Origin: Alteromonas phage vB_AcoS-R7M
Length of the DNA: 32,000 nucleotides
Reading direction: 5' to 3' (one strand)
Sequence record: MT345684.1
The number at the start of each line of letters is the position of its first letter. Position 1 is the first letter of the stretch. The notes below the pieces were generated by a model, which was not told where the DNA came from, did not search any database, and saw only the letters and a list, made by a program, of their open reading frames with translations. This document shows positions 18,488 to 26,644 of the stretch, one piece after another. A program made the position numbers and the translations under genes.

Positions 18488-18505
18488 TGCGGGCGTTACC
18501 CCGCA
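18488..18505 (-). promoter_or_regulatory. 6-bp hairpin adjacent to the SD of the 17762-18475 gene
   Basis: TGCGGG (18488-18493) / CCCGCA (18500-18505), 1 nt from SD complement CTCCT (18482-18486). Confidence 0.45.
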
Positions 18506-18525
18506 ATCAGTGGAAGACCTCAGTC

Positions 18526-19029
18526 TTATTTACGACCTACAAAACCCATGAACTTACGCCATTGGTACATCTCAATAACCGCATTGTTAGCGTTAAGACC
18601 CTTGTGAGCCGCTTCTTCTTTAATTACGGAAGGAACTGGAATGATACCGGTATCATTGTAAATTGCATCACACAGATCCCATACTGCACGACACTTGCCA
18701 CCAACTGAAGGACGTTTAATACCGTTACGCTCTTCGCGGTCTTTTTCAATTTTAAGACCTTTACCCGCAGTTTTTACTTCTTCTACTTTTGCAGGTTGTT
18801 TAACTTCAACTTCGCGTGTACCTTCAACATCGCTTGGGATCTCTTCCATTGCTTTGTACTCAGCAACAACTTCAGCGTTAAACGCTTCGTTTTTAGCATC
18901 GTTGCTTTCTGCAGTTTCGTGGAACATCCAGCGACCTTCTGCATTTTCCACCAGTTCAAACTGATTGTCATTTTCAAATACTTTACGGGCTGCGCGACGT
19001 GCGTTTGGTTTATTAGAGTAAGTTTTCAT
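18526..19029 (-). CDS. uncharacterised phage protein with conserved RP...WRKFxGxxGR domain (paralog B)
   Basis: NGIKRPSVGGKCRAVWDLCDAIYNDTGIIPVPSVIKEEAAHKGLNANNAVIEMYQWRKFMGFVGRK. Confidence 0.8.
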   Translation of the reverse strand: MKTYSNKPNARRAARKVFENDNQFELVENAEGRWMFHETAESNDAKNEAFNAEVVAEYKAMEEIPSDVEGTREVEVKQPAKVEEVKTAGKGLKIEKDREERNGIKRPSVGGKCRAVWDLCDAIYNDTGIIPVPSVIKEEAAHKGLNANNAVIEMYQWRKFMGFVGRK

Positions 19030-19048
19030 TTTAAGTACCTGTCAGTTA

Positions 19049-19114
19049 GTGTTTCATGTGTTGCGGTATTGCTGCACATGAAACACATTATAGGCAATAT
19101 CTGAGTAGACGCAA
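19049..19114 (-). promoter_or_regulatory. sigma70-like promoter with palindromic start/operator region
   Basis: Minus strand TTGCGT (19114-19109) - 16 nt - TATAAT (19092-19087), followed at once by the 12-bp inverted repeat GTGTTTCATGTG...CACATGAAACAC (19086-19075 / 19060-19049). Confidence 0.65.
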
Positions 19115-19143
19115 GTACTTTTTAAAAATAAATCCAAAATAAT

Positions 19144-20937
19144 TTAGAAAGGTATGTCATCCTCAAAGTCTTCGAACTTTAACTCTTTGAAATGGCTTAC
19201 ATTTTTAATCTTTTCCGTTTTTTCAGAAACTGCTTTGGGCCTGCTTTGTACGGCTTCTTCCTTACCAAAATGCGTCCCGTCGAAGCAATGCGCCAGTATA
19301 TCGGGGTAACGTTTGTTTACCCACACTCGGATGCTAGTAGCAACACCCATCTTTTCAATCGCGCTTAAAACCTCGTCGCAATCTTTGGGCGGATAACCCT
19401 CACCACCTCGAAGCCTCCACCAGTCACAAGCGCGTTTCCAAGCGTACCCCTCGTGTTCAACACATAACAACTCGGTATACTTACTTAAGCCGCAATGGTA
19501 GCTAACAAGGACATAAGGAGGGTTGTTCCCTTTCTGCTGCTTACTGTAGGTAATGTGGTCAACCTTATACTCCTCAACAACGGGCATATCACTTTTAATA
19601 AGTGCATCGGTTCCAGAACCCTGTTTTAGCTTTGTCATGAAGGTAAACTGATAACCACAGTATGGGCATTCGCGCACGGATGCATGAACGTAGCACTTAC
19701 ACTTATCGTTCTCACATTCCTTGTACGGTGCTTCACCACCTTTCATTCCTGGCTTAGGGGGTACAACAGGGTCATTAATGGGGCCAAGGCGTTTGGTGTT
19801 ACCTGCAAAGTCAAGAACTAGGCAGTTAGTTACACCGCTTGCCTGTATTGCTGCCAAACGCCCTTCAGCGGTTTCCAAGTCGAAACCAGGCGCATATACC
19901 GGTCGAGTTCCACGTCCTAGCATCTGCACCCAAAGACCAGGCGAGCCACTTGGGCGTAGACCCAATATAAGATCGATATAACTGTGGTCGAAACCTGTGG
20001 TGAGTATGTTACCGTTCACCAGCGCTCGGTATTTACCAGCTTTGAAATCCTCAATGTTGGTGTCCCGCTGCTTGTCAGTCATGGGGAAGCGTTTGGTATT
20101 ACTGTGAACTAGGGTTGCTGGAATACCCAAGTGGTTGAGCATCTCGCACGTATGGACAGTATGTTCAATACCCGTAGTAAAAACCAACCAACAATTCCGA
20201 TCGAACCCAACTTCTCGGGCTTCCATTATTGCCCGCTCAGTTAACTCGTCACGGTCAACAGCATTCTGCAATTGCGAGGGAATGAACTCGCCCCCGCGCT
20301 TACTTACCCCATCAAGGTCAAACTGGAAGTCTGCTTTCTTGGGTATAAGGGGTAACAAATACCCCTCGTTAATAAGCATGTTGAAGTTTGCTGTGGAACT
20401 AAGGTCGTAACAGATATCATCGAATATACCACCTTCTTCGATGATGTAACCCATACCAAGGCGAAACGGGGTAGCAGTAAGCCCTATCACTTTAAGGTAT
20501 GGGTTCTCTTCCATAAGATGGTCTATCAGCTTCCGATACATAGTAGTATCTGATGGGCTTACAAGATGTGCTTCGTCTATTAAGAGAAGGTCTATTTTGC
20601 CGAGAACTTGCGGGTTTTTATAAACCGATGCAATTCCGCAGAAGGTTACAGGTGAATACAAATCTTTTCTGTTAAGCCCTGAACTGTAAATCCCCGCTGG
20701 TGCGTTGGGCCAGTACTGCAATAACTTTTCGTAATCCTGCTCAACCAGTTCTTTGACGTGCGTTGCAATTGCGATTCGCTGTGTACCATACGCACGGAGG
20801 ACTGACTCAATAAACCCTGCAATAACTAAGCTTTTACCAGTACCCGTAGGCATAACAACCAAGGGGTTTCCGTCCTTCTTAGCAAAGTAGTTCCAAACTG
20901 AGTCAATTGCTTTACTTTGGTAAGGTCTTAATTTCAT
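19144..20937 (-). CDS. SF2 (DEAD/DEAH) ATP-dependent helicase with zinc-ribbon and SSB-like C-terminal tip
   Basis: VVMPTGTGKSLVIAG, LLIDEAHLV, IGLTATPFRLG, QMLGRGTRP; CKCYVHASVRECPYCGY; C-terminus KFEDFEDDIPF. ATG 20937 forms an ATGA overlap. Confidence 0.9.
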   Translation of the reverse strand: MKLRPYQSKAIDSVWNYFAKKDGNPLVVMPTGTGKSLVIAGFIESVLRAYGTQRIAIATHVKELVEQDYEKLLQYWPNAPAGIYSSGLNRKDLYSPVTFCGIASVYKNPQVLGKIDLLLIDEAHLVSPSDTTMYRKLIDHLMEENPYLKVIGLTATPFRLGMGYIIEEGGIFDDICYDLSSTANFNMLINEGYLLPLIPKKADFQFDLDGVSKRGGEFIPSQLQNAVDRDELTERAIMEAREVGFDRNCWLVFTTGIEHTVHTCEMLNHLGIPATLVHSNTKRFPMTDKQRDTNIEDFKAGKYRALVNGNILTTGFDHSYIDLILGLRPSGSPGLWVQMLGRGTRPVYAPGFDLETAEGRLAAIQASGVTNCLVLDFAGNTKRLGPINDPVVPPKPGMKGGEAPYKECENDKCKCYVHASVRECPYCGYQFTFMTKLKQGSGTDALIKSDMPVVEEYKVDHITYSKQQKGNNPPYVLVSYHCGLSKYTELLCVEHEGYAWKRACDWWRLRGGEGYPPKDCDEVLSAIEKMGVATSIRVWVNKRYPDILAHCFDGTHFGKEEAVQSRPKAVSEKTEKIKNVSHFKELKFEDFEDDIPF

Positions 20938-21593
20938 GCGCCTGGATCCACCCAAGGTGAACCGGTCCATGGAGAACCGTATACTTCGTCAGTATTATGT
21001 AAGTAGCTTCTATCCCGTATATTCCTGTCCTGTGGTCTTGGTGCGGGTACTTCACCCAAGTATTCACATTCGCGGCATACTTCAACACACGCCATTAGCA
21101 TAGTAAGTTCCTCGTCAAGACCTTCAAGCTCTTTATGCATTTTGTGAACTTTATTTTCCATTATGGTCATAAAGAGCTCACTTGCTTTAGTGTTGTCTTT
21201 TAAATACGTAAACTTAACAACCTTTCGCTTAAGTTCGTCTATAGCCATATTAAGTGAACGTTCTTTTGCAGCAAACGCTTCAACCATATCCGGAAAATAA
21301 TTTCGCTTGGCAAAACTGTGAACCTCCATGACATTAAAAAGGTTTTGCGCTACAAGTTGAGTCGCTATTTCCATTTTCGTTGGGCCTGTGTTACTTTCAA
21401 CCTCACCCGTTTCGTCGTACCGCTTACGCTTTTCCGGATCTCGTAGAACTAAATAGGCAGCATTAATGCGATTAAAGTCCTCACTGTTACCACCTTTATC
21501 GGGATGGTTTTTAAGGCTACGTGACTTGAATGCCTTTTTTATTTCTTGAGGGGTAGCATCTTCGGTGACACCTAAATCTTCATATAAACTCAT
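20934..21593 (-). CDS. J-domain (DnaJ-like) protein
   Basis: LYEDLGVTEDATPQEIKKAFKSRSLKNHPDKGGNSEDFNRINAAYLVLRDPEKRKRYDETG with HPD motif. Confidence 0.88.
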   Translation of the reverse strand: MSLYEDLGVTEDATPQEIKKAFKSRSLKNHPDKGGNSEDFNRINAAYLVLRDPEKRKRYDETGEVESNTGPTKMEIATQLVAQNLFNVMEVHSFAKRNYFPDMVEAFAAKERSLNMAIDELKRKVVKFTYLKDNTKASELFMTIMENKVHKMHKELEGLDEELTMLMACVEVCRECEYLGEVPAPRPQDRNIRDRSYLHNTDEVYGSPWTGSPWVDPGA

Positions 21594-22498
21594 TAGAACG
21601 CTCTCTTATAGTTTTCGCATCCTGCATATTGTTCGTCTTTGCTAAGAATGCGGTTGTTATAGTCAAAGTTGCAACCCCAAGTTCCATCCTTGTTAACTTT
21701 GGAACTTTTACAGGTTCTGCAATTTCGTTCGGGTGCTTTATTCAGGTGACAGACCGGTCTGTGGTCACACCATTTACACTTCCACCAAGAACTTGATTCA
21801 TTAATCTTACGTGGAGGGTGATCCATAAAGACTAACGTAACACCTCTGTTAATATACTCGTCTGCAATGGAAGGTTCAAGATAAACTAGCTCCATATGTA
21901 AGGCGTCATCGTTCTTGTTGACAGCAACATACAACGCAACAGCCAAGCCCATCTTTCTCATGTAAACCTGCATCTGAACAAAGTGTTCAAACTTGGAACT
22001 TCTTACACCTTCTGCAGTAAGCTTTTTAAAGGACTTGTCATTGTGTGTTTTCATTTCACACAAAGCAGGTTGCCCAGGCTCAAGATCTGGAAGGTTAACC
22101 ACAACACCATCACCGCTTCCGCCGAAATGCCCTCCAGCGTCACTTATGCGGAATTGGTTCCCGTTTTCGTCCTGTTGGTAAACCTGACAACCGATCATTA
22201 AAAGAAGTGCTACAAAGCGACCTTCCTCAAGATGCCCCCTGTTAAATAAGCGAAGCTGGCGCCCGCCAAACTTGGGAGCAGTGGTCCAATGGAACCCGTA
22301 CCAAATAGCTCGACCACAGTCACCACCAATAAGTGACGCACCCATATGAGTTCTGAACGGCATATCGTTTTCTTGATATGCATCGCCTATATGTGGCAAA
22401 ACTAATCCAGAATACTTGCGGAAACTGTTACCCTGATCAGCTTCCATAACCTCTTCAATTTTAGCCAGGGTCTTACTTGCGTATGTAATATGAGACAT
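21593..22498 (-). CDS. PD-(D/E)XK nuclease (Cas4/RecB-like phage exonuclease)
   Basis: GHLEEGRF, FGGSGDGVVV...ALCEMKTHNDKSF, QMQVYM; Cys-rich C-terminus (CKWCDHRPVCHL...CRTCKS...CENY). Start set to ATG 22498 with SD GGAG. Confidence 0.8.
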   Translation of the reverse strand: MSHITYASKTLAKIEEVMEADQGNSFRKYSGLVLPHIGDAYQENDMPFRTHMGASLIGGDCGRAIWYGFHWTTAPKFGGRQLRLFNRGHLEEGRFVALLLMIGCQVYQQDENGNQFRISDAGGHFGGSGDGVVVNLPDLEPGQPALCEMKTHNDKSFKKLTAEGVRSSKFEHFVQMQVYMRKMGLAVALYVAVNKNDDALHMELVYLEPSIADEYINRGVTLVFMDHPPRKINESSSWWKCKWCDHRPVCHLNKAPERNCRTCKSSKVNKDGTWGCNFDYNNRILSKDEQYAGCENYKRAF

Positions 22499-22511
22499 TT
22501 TCGCTCCGGTT

Positions 22512-22538
22512 AAAAAAGCCCGCATAAACGCGGGCTTT
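22512..22538 (-). terminator. rho-independent terminator between the DUF669 and exonuclease genes
   Basis: Minus strand AAAGCCCGC-GTTTAT-GCGGGCTTT followed by TTT (9-bp perfect stem; six-T run overlaps stem end). Confidence 0.75.
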
Positions 22539-22560
22539 GCTTAGGTCGTGGAAATGTTGC

Positions 22561-23373
22561 TTATTGACCGCGCTGCCAAGGTGGAATTCCATCCTGCGCC
22601 GGTGCTTGCTGCTGCTGTGGAGGCTGCTGTGTCTGCGTGTTAGCGCCTGGAGCTGCTTCCTGTTGTGTAGGTTGCTGCCACTGCTGTTGCTGTGGAGGTT
22701 GTTGCTCCGTTTGTGGCGGTTGTTGCTGCGCTACCTGCTGTCCCTGTGCCCAAGGCTGCTCGCTTTGCGGTTGCTGCCACTGCTGTTGGGGCTGCTGTTG
22801 CGTTTGCGGTGCCGGCTGCTGTACTGGTGCCTGCTGTTGCGTCGGTTGCTGTGCTGGTTGCTGTGTTGTTTGCTGGTTAGCCCAGGCAGGTTGCCCACCG
22901 TTATTCTGGCCAGTAGCACCCGCAGAACCAAAACCCGCAGGAGTACCACCAGCCTGCTCAGTACCACCAACATTTTCGTTGATGTTTTTGTAGCTGGTAA
23001 CATCGTTACTTGCTTCATAGTTCTCAGTTGCAGGACGAAGTTTAACCTTCACTTTCATTGGAATACCGTGCAACTGGTTACTGTCCTGAAGGTGCATAAC
23101 ACCAACAGCGTGGCAAATAGCAGACAGATCAGACATAGCAATATCAACCGCTTGCTGGCTTGGGTTTTGGATGTTCAAACGAACCCACAATTTACGGTTT
23201 GCATATTGCCCGTCAATAATGTTCAGACGAAGTTGAAGATAAGCACCGTCACCACCTTTGGTCGGTTTAATTTCACTTTCGTCGACCATTGCTGAATACC
23301 AGCCCGCAGGAACCGGATCGGAAGCGCCTGCGTTTGGTTGGACCTGAGTTGCATCAAAATTTAATTGAGCCAT
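22561..23373 (-). CDS. DUF669-type ssDNA-binding protein with long P/Q-rich tail
   Basis: PVPAGWYSAMVDESEIKPTKGGDGAYLQLRLNIIDGQYANRKLWVRLNIQNPSQQAVDIA; C-terminal half is Q/P/A/W repeats ending DGIPPWQRGQ. Confidence 0.82.
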   Translation of the reverse strand: MAQLNFDATQVQPNAGASDPVPAGWYSAMVDESEIKPTKGGDGAYLQLRLNIIDGQYANRKLWVRLNIQNPSQQAVDIAMSDLSAICHAVGVMHLQDSNQLHGIPMKVKVKLRPATENYEASNDVTSYKNINENVGGTEQAGGTPAGFGSAGATGQNNGGQPAWANQQTTQQPAQQPTQQQAPVQQPAPQTQQQPQQQWQQPQSEQPWAQGQQVAQQQPPQTEQQPPQQQQWQQPTQQEAAPGANTQTQQPPQQQQAPAQDGIPPWQRGQ

Positions 23374-23377
23374 TTAT

Positions 23378-24100
23378 TTAATCTCCTAGGATTTTATTAA
23401 AAACGTGCGTAAGATTGGGCGGTTCCATGCTATCCAAAGCACCGCTCCTGTCCTTAGCATCGTATTGTAAATCAGGCTGAGTTTGCAAGAACCTATAGGA
23501 CTCACCCTGTGGCGTCTTGTTAGTACCAAGACGGAACACTTCGTCGTAGAAATACGGGACATTGTTACCAAGTTTACTTCCTGGCATTGACGGACCGTTT
23601 TTAACGACACCATTTGCATCTTTATAACTTTCAAGCTTACTTGTCATATAGACATGTTTACCCTGAAGATCACGGAACAGACGAATTGTTGTTTCCATTT
23701 TCTCAAGAAGCTCACCATAAGCTTGACGTGGATCTTTAACTTGGCGCTTAGCGTTGTTCAGCACCACTTCAGCTATTTCGGACAGCGAGTCAATGCACAC
23801 TGTTTGAAATTGGTTAGCTTCTTTAGACTGTGAACACCAATTATACGCCTCAGTTAAATCCTGGACACTGCTGATCTGTATTGTCGGTATGTCGTAGCAT
23901 ATTGACGGGTTATTTTCACCATACAGACGGACCAAGTTTTTAGGCTTAAGCGATAGCAAACCACTTTCAGCACTAAGTAAAATCGGACCGGGCGCAGTAG
24001 ATGACATTACTGTCTTTCCTGTGCCAGCAGGTCCATATACCAAAACCTTAACACCGTTAACTTTTGCTTCATTAGCGGAAGTTGTAAATTTAAGAGCCAT
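23378..24100 (-). CDS. Sak4-like / AAA_24 RecA-fold ATPase
   Basis: VKVLVYGPAGTGKTVMSS Walker A, TVCIDSLSEIAEVV Walker B; next to DUF669 and exonuclease. Confidence 0.82.
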   Translation of the reverse strand: MALKFTTSANEAKVNGVKVLVYGPAGTGKTVMSSTAPGPILLSAESGLLSLKPKNLVRLYGENNPSICYDIPTIQISSVQDLTEAYNWCSQSKEANQFQTVCIDSLSEIAEVVLNNAKRQVKDPRQAYGELLEKMETTIRLFRDLQGKHVYMTSKLESYKDANGVVKNGPSMPGSKLGNNVPYFYDEVFRLGTNKTPQGESYRFLQTQPDLQYDAKDRSGALDSMEPPNLTHVFNKILGD

Positions 24101-24125
24101 TTCGTTCTCCGTTTATACTGTGGTT

Positions 24126-24154
24126 ATAGTACGTGGACCCGTTATTGCATACAA
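24126..24154 (-). promoter_or_regulatory. candidate sigma70-like promoter upstream of the Sak4-like ATPase gene
   Basis: Minus strand TTGTAT - 17 nt - TACTAT in the 60-nt gap after the ligase-side gene block boundary. Confidence 0.35.
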
Positions 24155-24159
24155 GACAA

Positions 24160-25101
24160 TTAAAGGTCGTTTTCGTCCCTAAAACATTGAAATGTGGGGA
24201 ATCTTAACTTGTCCTTCATGCCTATCGGGAAGTATTGAAACTTCGCAATTTTACCGCACATAAGGGCGGGGTCCTGCATATACTTAACCCGCTCATCATG
24301 TGTTAGCCGACCAGGCGCTATTTCAATGACCGTACCTTTATGGAGGAATACTTCGTCTTTAACCACAATATCTTGAAGTAACTCACCTGTAATAGTTCCA
24401 ACCATCCCATTGGGCACCATGTTATCGGCATTAGTACTTCGCTCAGCTTGCCCAAAGTTACCCCGCTTAAGTTCGTTAAGGTTAGTACGACCTTCCTGAA
24501 CGAAATGCACTTTTATCTCAGCGTCCGCAAACGCTTTAACACGGAGGTAATTCGCTTCCCTAGCTGTGCAACGACCTAACTTATACGGACCTTTTGGGTT
24601 ACGTAAAATTGTCCCCTCAAAACCCTGTGCAAGATTGTCAGCAAAGTACTGTTCAGCCTCCTCTTGGTTGTTCAGTATTTTAACAGGAACCACCGAAATG
24701 CGAGTTGACTGTACTGGGTAATCTTTTCGCAGCTTAGCAACAATAGAGTGAAGAGTGTTAAGGCGCTCCTCATACTTTGCTGTTGGCGCTACTTGCGGAC
24801 CGAAGTAATCAAACAAGTACCAGTCACACTGAACTTCACCGTCGATCGTGTTCATTGCGCTGGTGGTGTATGAACAAAGGTTCGGATCCGTGATACCACC
24901 AGCAACCATTTCTCCATCAAAACCTTCAAGAACCTCAGTGGAAAAGAAATATGTGTTTTCACGATTCTTAAAAGGTTTCCCGCTACGCGCCACCAGCTTA
25001 CCGTCGATGTTCAAAGCGCGTACACCGTCAATTTTTGGCATACCTAACATTGGCCAAGTGACCTTAGTTAAGTCTGCATCACACGCAAGCATAGGCTTCA
25101 T
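24160..25101 (-). CDS. ATP-dependent DNA ligase
   Basis: PKIDGVRALNIDGKLVARSGK (active-site Lys), VAGGITD, EGFEGTILRNP, YLRVKAF. Confidence 0.88.
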   Translation of the reverse strand: MKPMLACDADLTKVTWPMLGMPKIDGVRALNIDGKLVARSGKPFKNRENTYFFSTEVLEGFDGEMVAGGITDPNLCSYTTSAMNTIDGEVQCDWYLFDYFGPQVAPTAKYEERLNTLHSIVAKLRKDYPVQSTRISVVPVKILNNQEEAEQYFADNLAQGFEGTILRNPKGPYKLGRCTAREANYLRVKAFADAEIKVHFVQEGRTNLNELKRGNFGQAERSTNADNMVPNGMVGTITGELLQDIVVKDEVFLHKGTVIEIAPGRLTHDERVKYMQDPALMCGKIAKFQYFPIGMKDKLRFPTFQCFRDENDL

Positions 25102-25823
25102 TTCAGTCTCCGGTATTCATCATACAGGTTCATTGAAACAGGCAAGTGTTTACGCAACATACTATCAATTGCTTTAGCGTAAGCCTGGGCTTCAACCTGA
25201 GCGTGGCTGTGATCGCGTAACCGCAGGAAGTTCAGGATATTATGCAAATCCTGCTTCCAGAGCCAGTGCGTATAGTGGTTGACGTGCAGGAACATCCGGG
25301 CGTGTTCCGGTGCAACTTTGTGGTCATTAATATACGTCAAATAAAGCTGGTACGATTCGTAACATTTATCATCCAGATCTTTTTTGAATTGGGTCTGGAC
25401 AGCATGTGCTAAACCATCGGTCTGCCCCTGCTTTTTATTGTCAGCTAACTTACCAACAACGTTCGGAATATACCACTCTTCGGGGAGCGTAATATAACGA
25501 CCGCTGACTTCATTAATCGTTGCAGTACGGTGACGTACAAACTGCCGGGCAACAAAGATAGGCATCTTCATTTCAATCCAACACTCAACCATTTCAAACG
25601 GTGTTGTGTGCCAGTTACGCATCAGGTAATTGGACAGACGATAGTCTTCCTCTTCCGACCGCCCGCTATCTGTCTGGTCGAAAGACATACGCGCACTGTT
25701 AGCGGGATCGACATCATGTGCGTCAAACACAGCGTCTTTACGGCGCGTTGGACCGGACAAGTTACGCAACGTAACAAATCCGTGATCCAACACTTTACGG
25801 GTAAATTGAGTTTCCATTTCCAT
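25098..25823 (-). CDS. thyX: flavin-dependent thymidylate synthase
   Basis: RQFVRHRTATINEVSGRY signature (RHRxxxxxxxSxRY-type) and QVEAQAYAKAIDSML; ATGA overlap with ligase. Confidence 0.93.
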   Translation of the reverse strand: MEMETQFTRKVLDHGFVTLRNLSGPTRRKDAVFDAHDVDPANSARMSFDQTDSGRSEEEDYRLSNYLMRNWHTTPFEMVECWIEMKMPIFVARQFVRHRTATINEVSGRYITLPEEWYIPNVVGKLADNKKQGQTDGLAHAVQTQFKKDLDDKCYESYQLYLTYINDHKVAPEHARMFLHVNHYTHWLWKQDLHNILNFLRLRDHSHAQVEAQAYAKAIDSMLRKHLPVSMNLYDEYRRLK

Positions 25824-26644
25824 TATTGTGATACCTTAAAGACAAGGGTGTTTTGAAAGGTGGACTGCTTAACTTGTTCCTGCTGAAGCTTTCCGTTATT
25901 TATAAAGTATTGGTTGAGCAATGTGTTAAGTAAGCGAGCGCCAAGCGTGTTTGTTTCGTGTGCTTTTACTACCGCTTCCATAATATCGTTGACCACATTG
26001 TCACGGTTAACGCTTGGGAATAAACGGAGGTACTTTTCAAGCAGCGTCGACTTGTTCAGTAGCTGGTACATTGACTCAACGCTCAGTTTTTTGAGGTTGT
26101 ATACCAGCGGAACACGTCCTAAGAATTCCGTCTTAATACCGAACTCACGTAAGCGGTCCAGCGTTAAATCTGGTTCACCGTTAAACGCACCTGCAAATAC
26201 AAACAACACACGCTCAACAGGCGTTTCAATATACTTACCATAGTCACCGAATACGCTGGTGGTTTTGGACTCCAACACACGAAGGAATTCGTTCTGAACT
26301 CCATTGGTAACTTCGTGGGCCAGCTGGCTGTTACCGTTACCGCTGATAAACAGCTTATCAAATTCGTCCACAAATACCACTGTAAGCGAATTACCGCGAT
26401 TTGATAAAGGACTCAATGCCTTACTCAAGCTGTTACCTGAAGTTCCTTCCTTGGTTAACTGTGCGGCGTTAACCTCAAGGTAATCCAGCTCAAACTCATC
26501 ACACAACTGCTGGATAAGATGGGATTTACCTGCACCGCTTGGACCTGTAACAAGAAAATGCGGTCGGATTTCCCCCTCCGTATTTTTGTAGATTTGAAAA
26601 ATACGTTGGATTTGGCTTACAACTTGTGCATGTTCAGGAACCAT
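25823..26644 (-). CDS. ClpX-like AAA+ ATPase
   Basis: VTGPSGAGKSHLIQQL, VVFVDEFDKLF, FGIKTEFLGRVPLVYNLKKLS (ClpX-like box VII region), TLGARLLNTLL (sensor 2). Confidence 0.75.
   Translation of the reverse strand: MVPEHAQVVSQIQRIFQIYKNTEGEIRPHFLVTGPSGAGKSHLIQQLCDEFELDYLEVNAAQLTKEGTSGNSLSKALSPLSNRGNSLTVVFVDEFDKLFISGNGNSQLAHEVTNGVQNEFLRVLESKTTSVFGDYGKYIETPVERVLFVFAGAFNGEPDLTLDRLREFGIKTEFLGRVPLVYNLKKLSVESMYQLLNKSTLLEKYLRLFPSVNRDNVVNDIMEAVVKAHETNTLGARLLNTLLNQYFINNGKLQQEQVKQSTFQNTLVFKVSQ

Noticed and set aside
22537-23295. 252-aa + strand Leu/Arg-rich ORF
   Set aside because: Antisense to the CAG/CCA-rich P/Q tail of the DUF669 gene. Its composition (CLLCRLLPLLLLWRLLL) is the expected by-product of the repeats; no plausible RBS or family.
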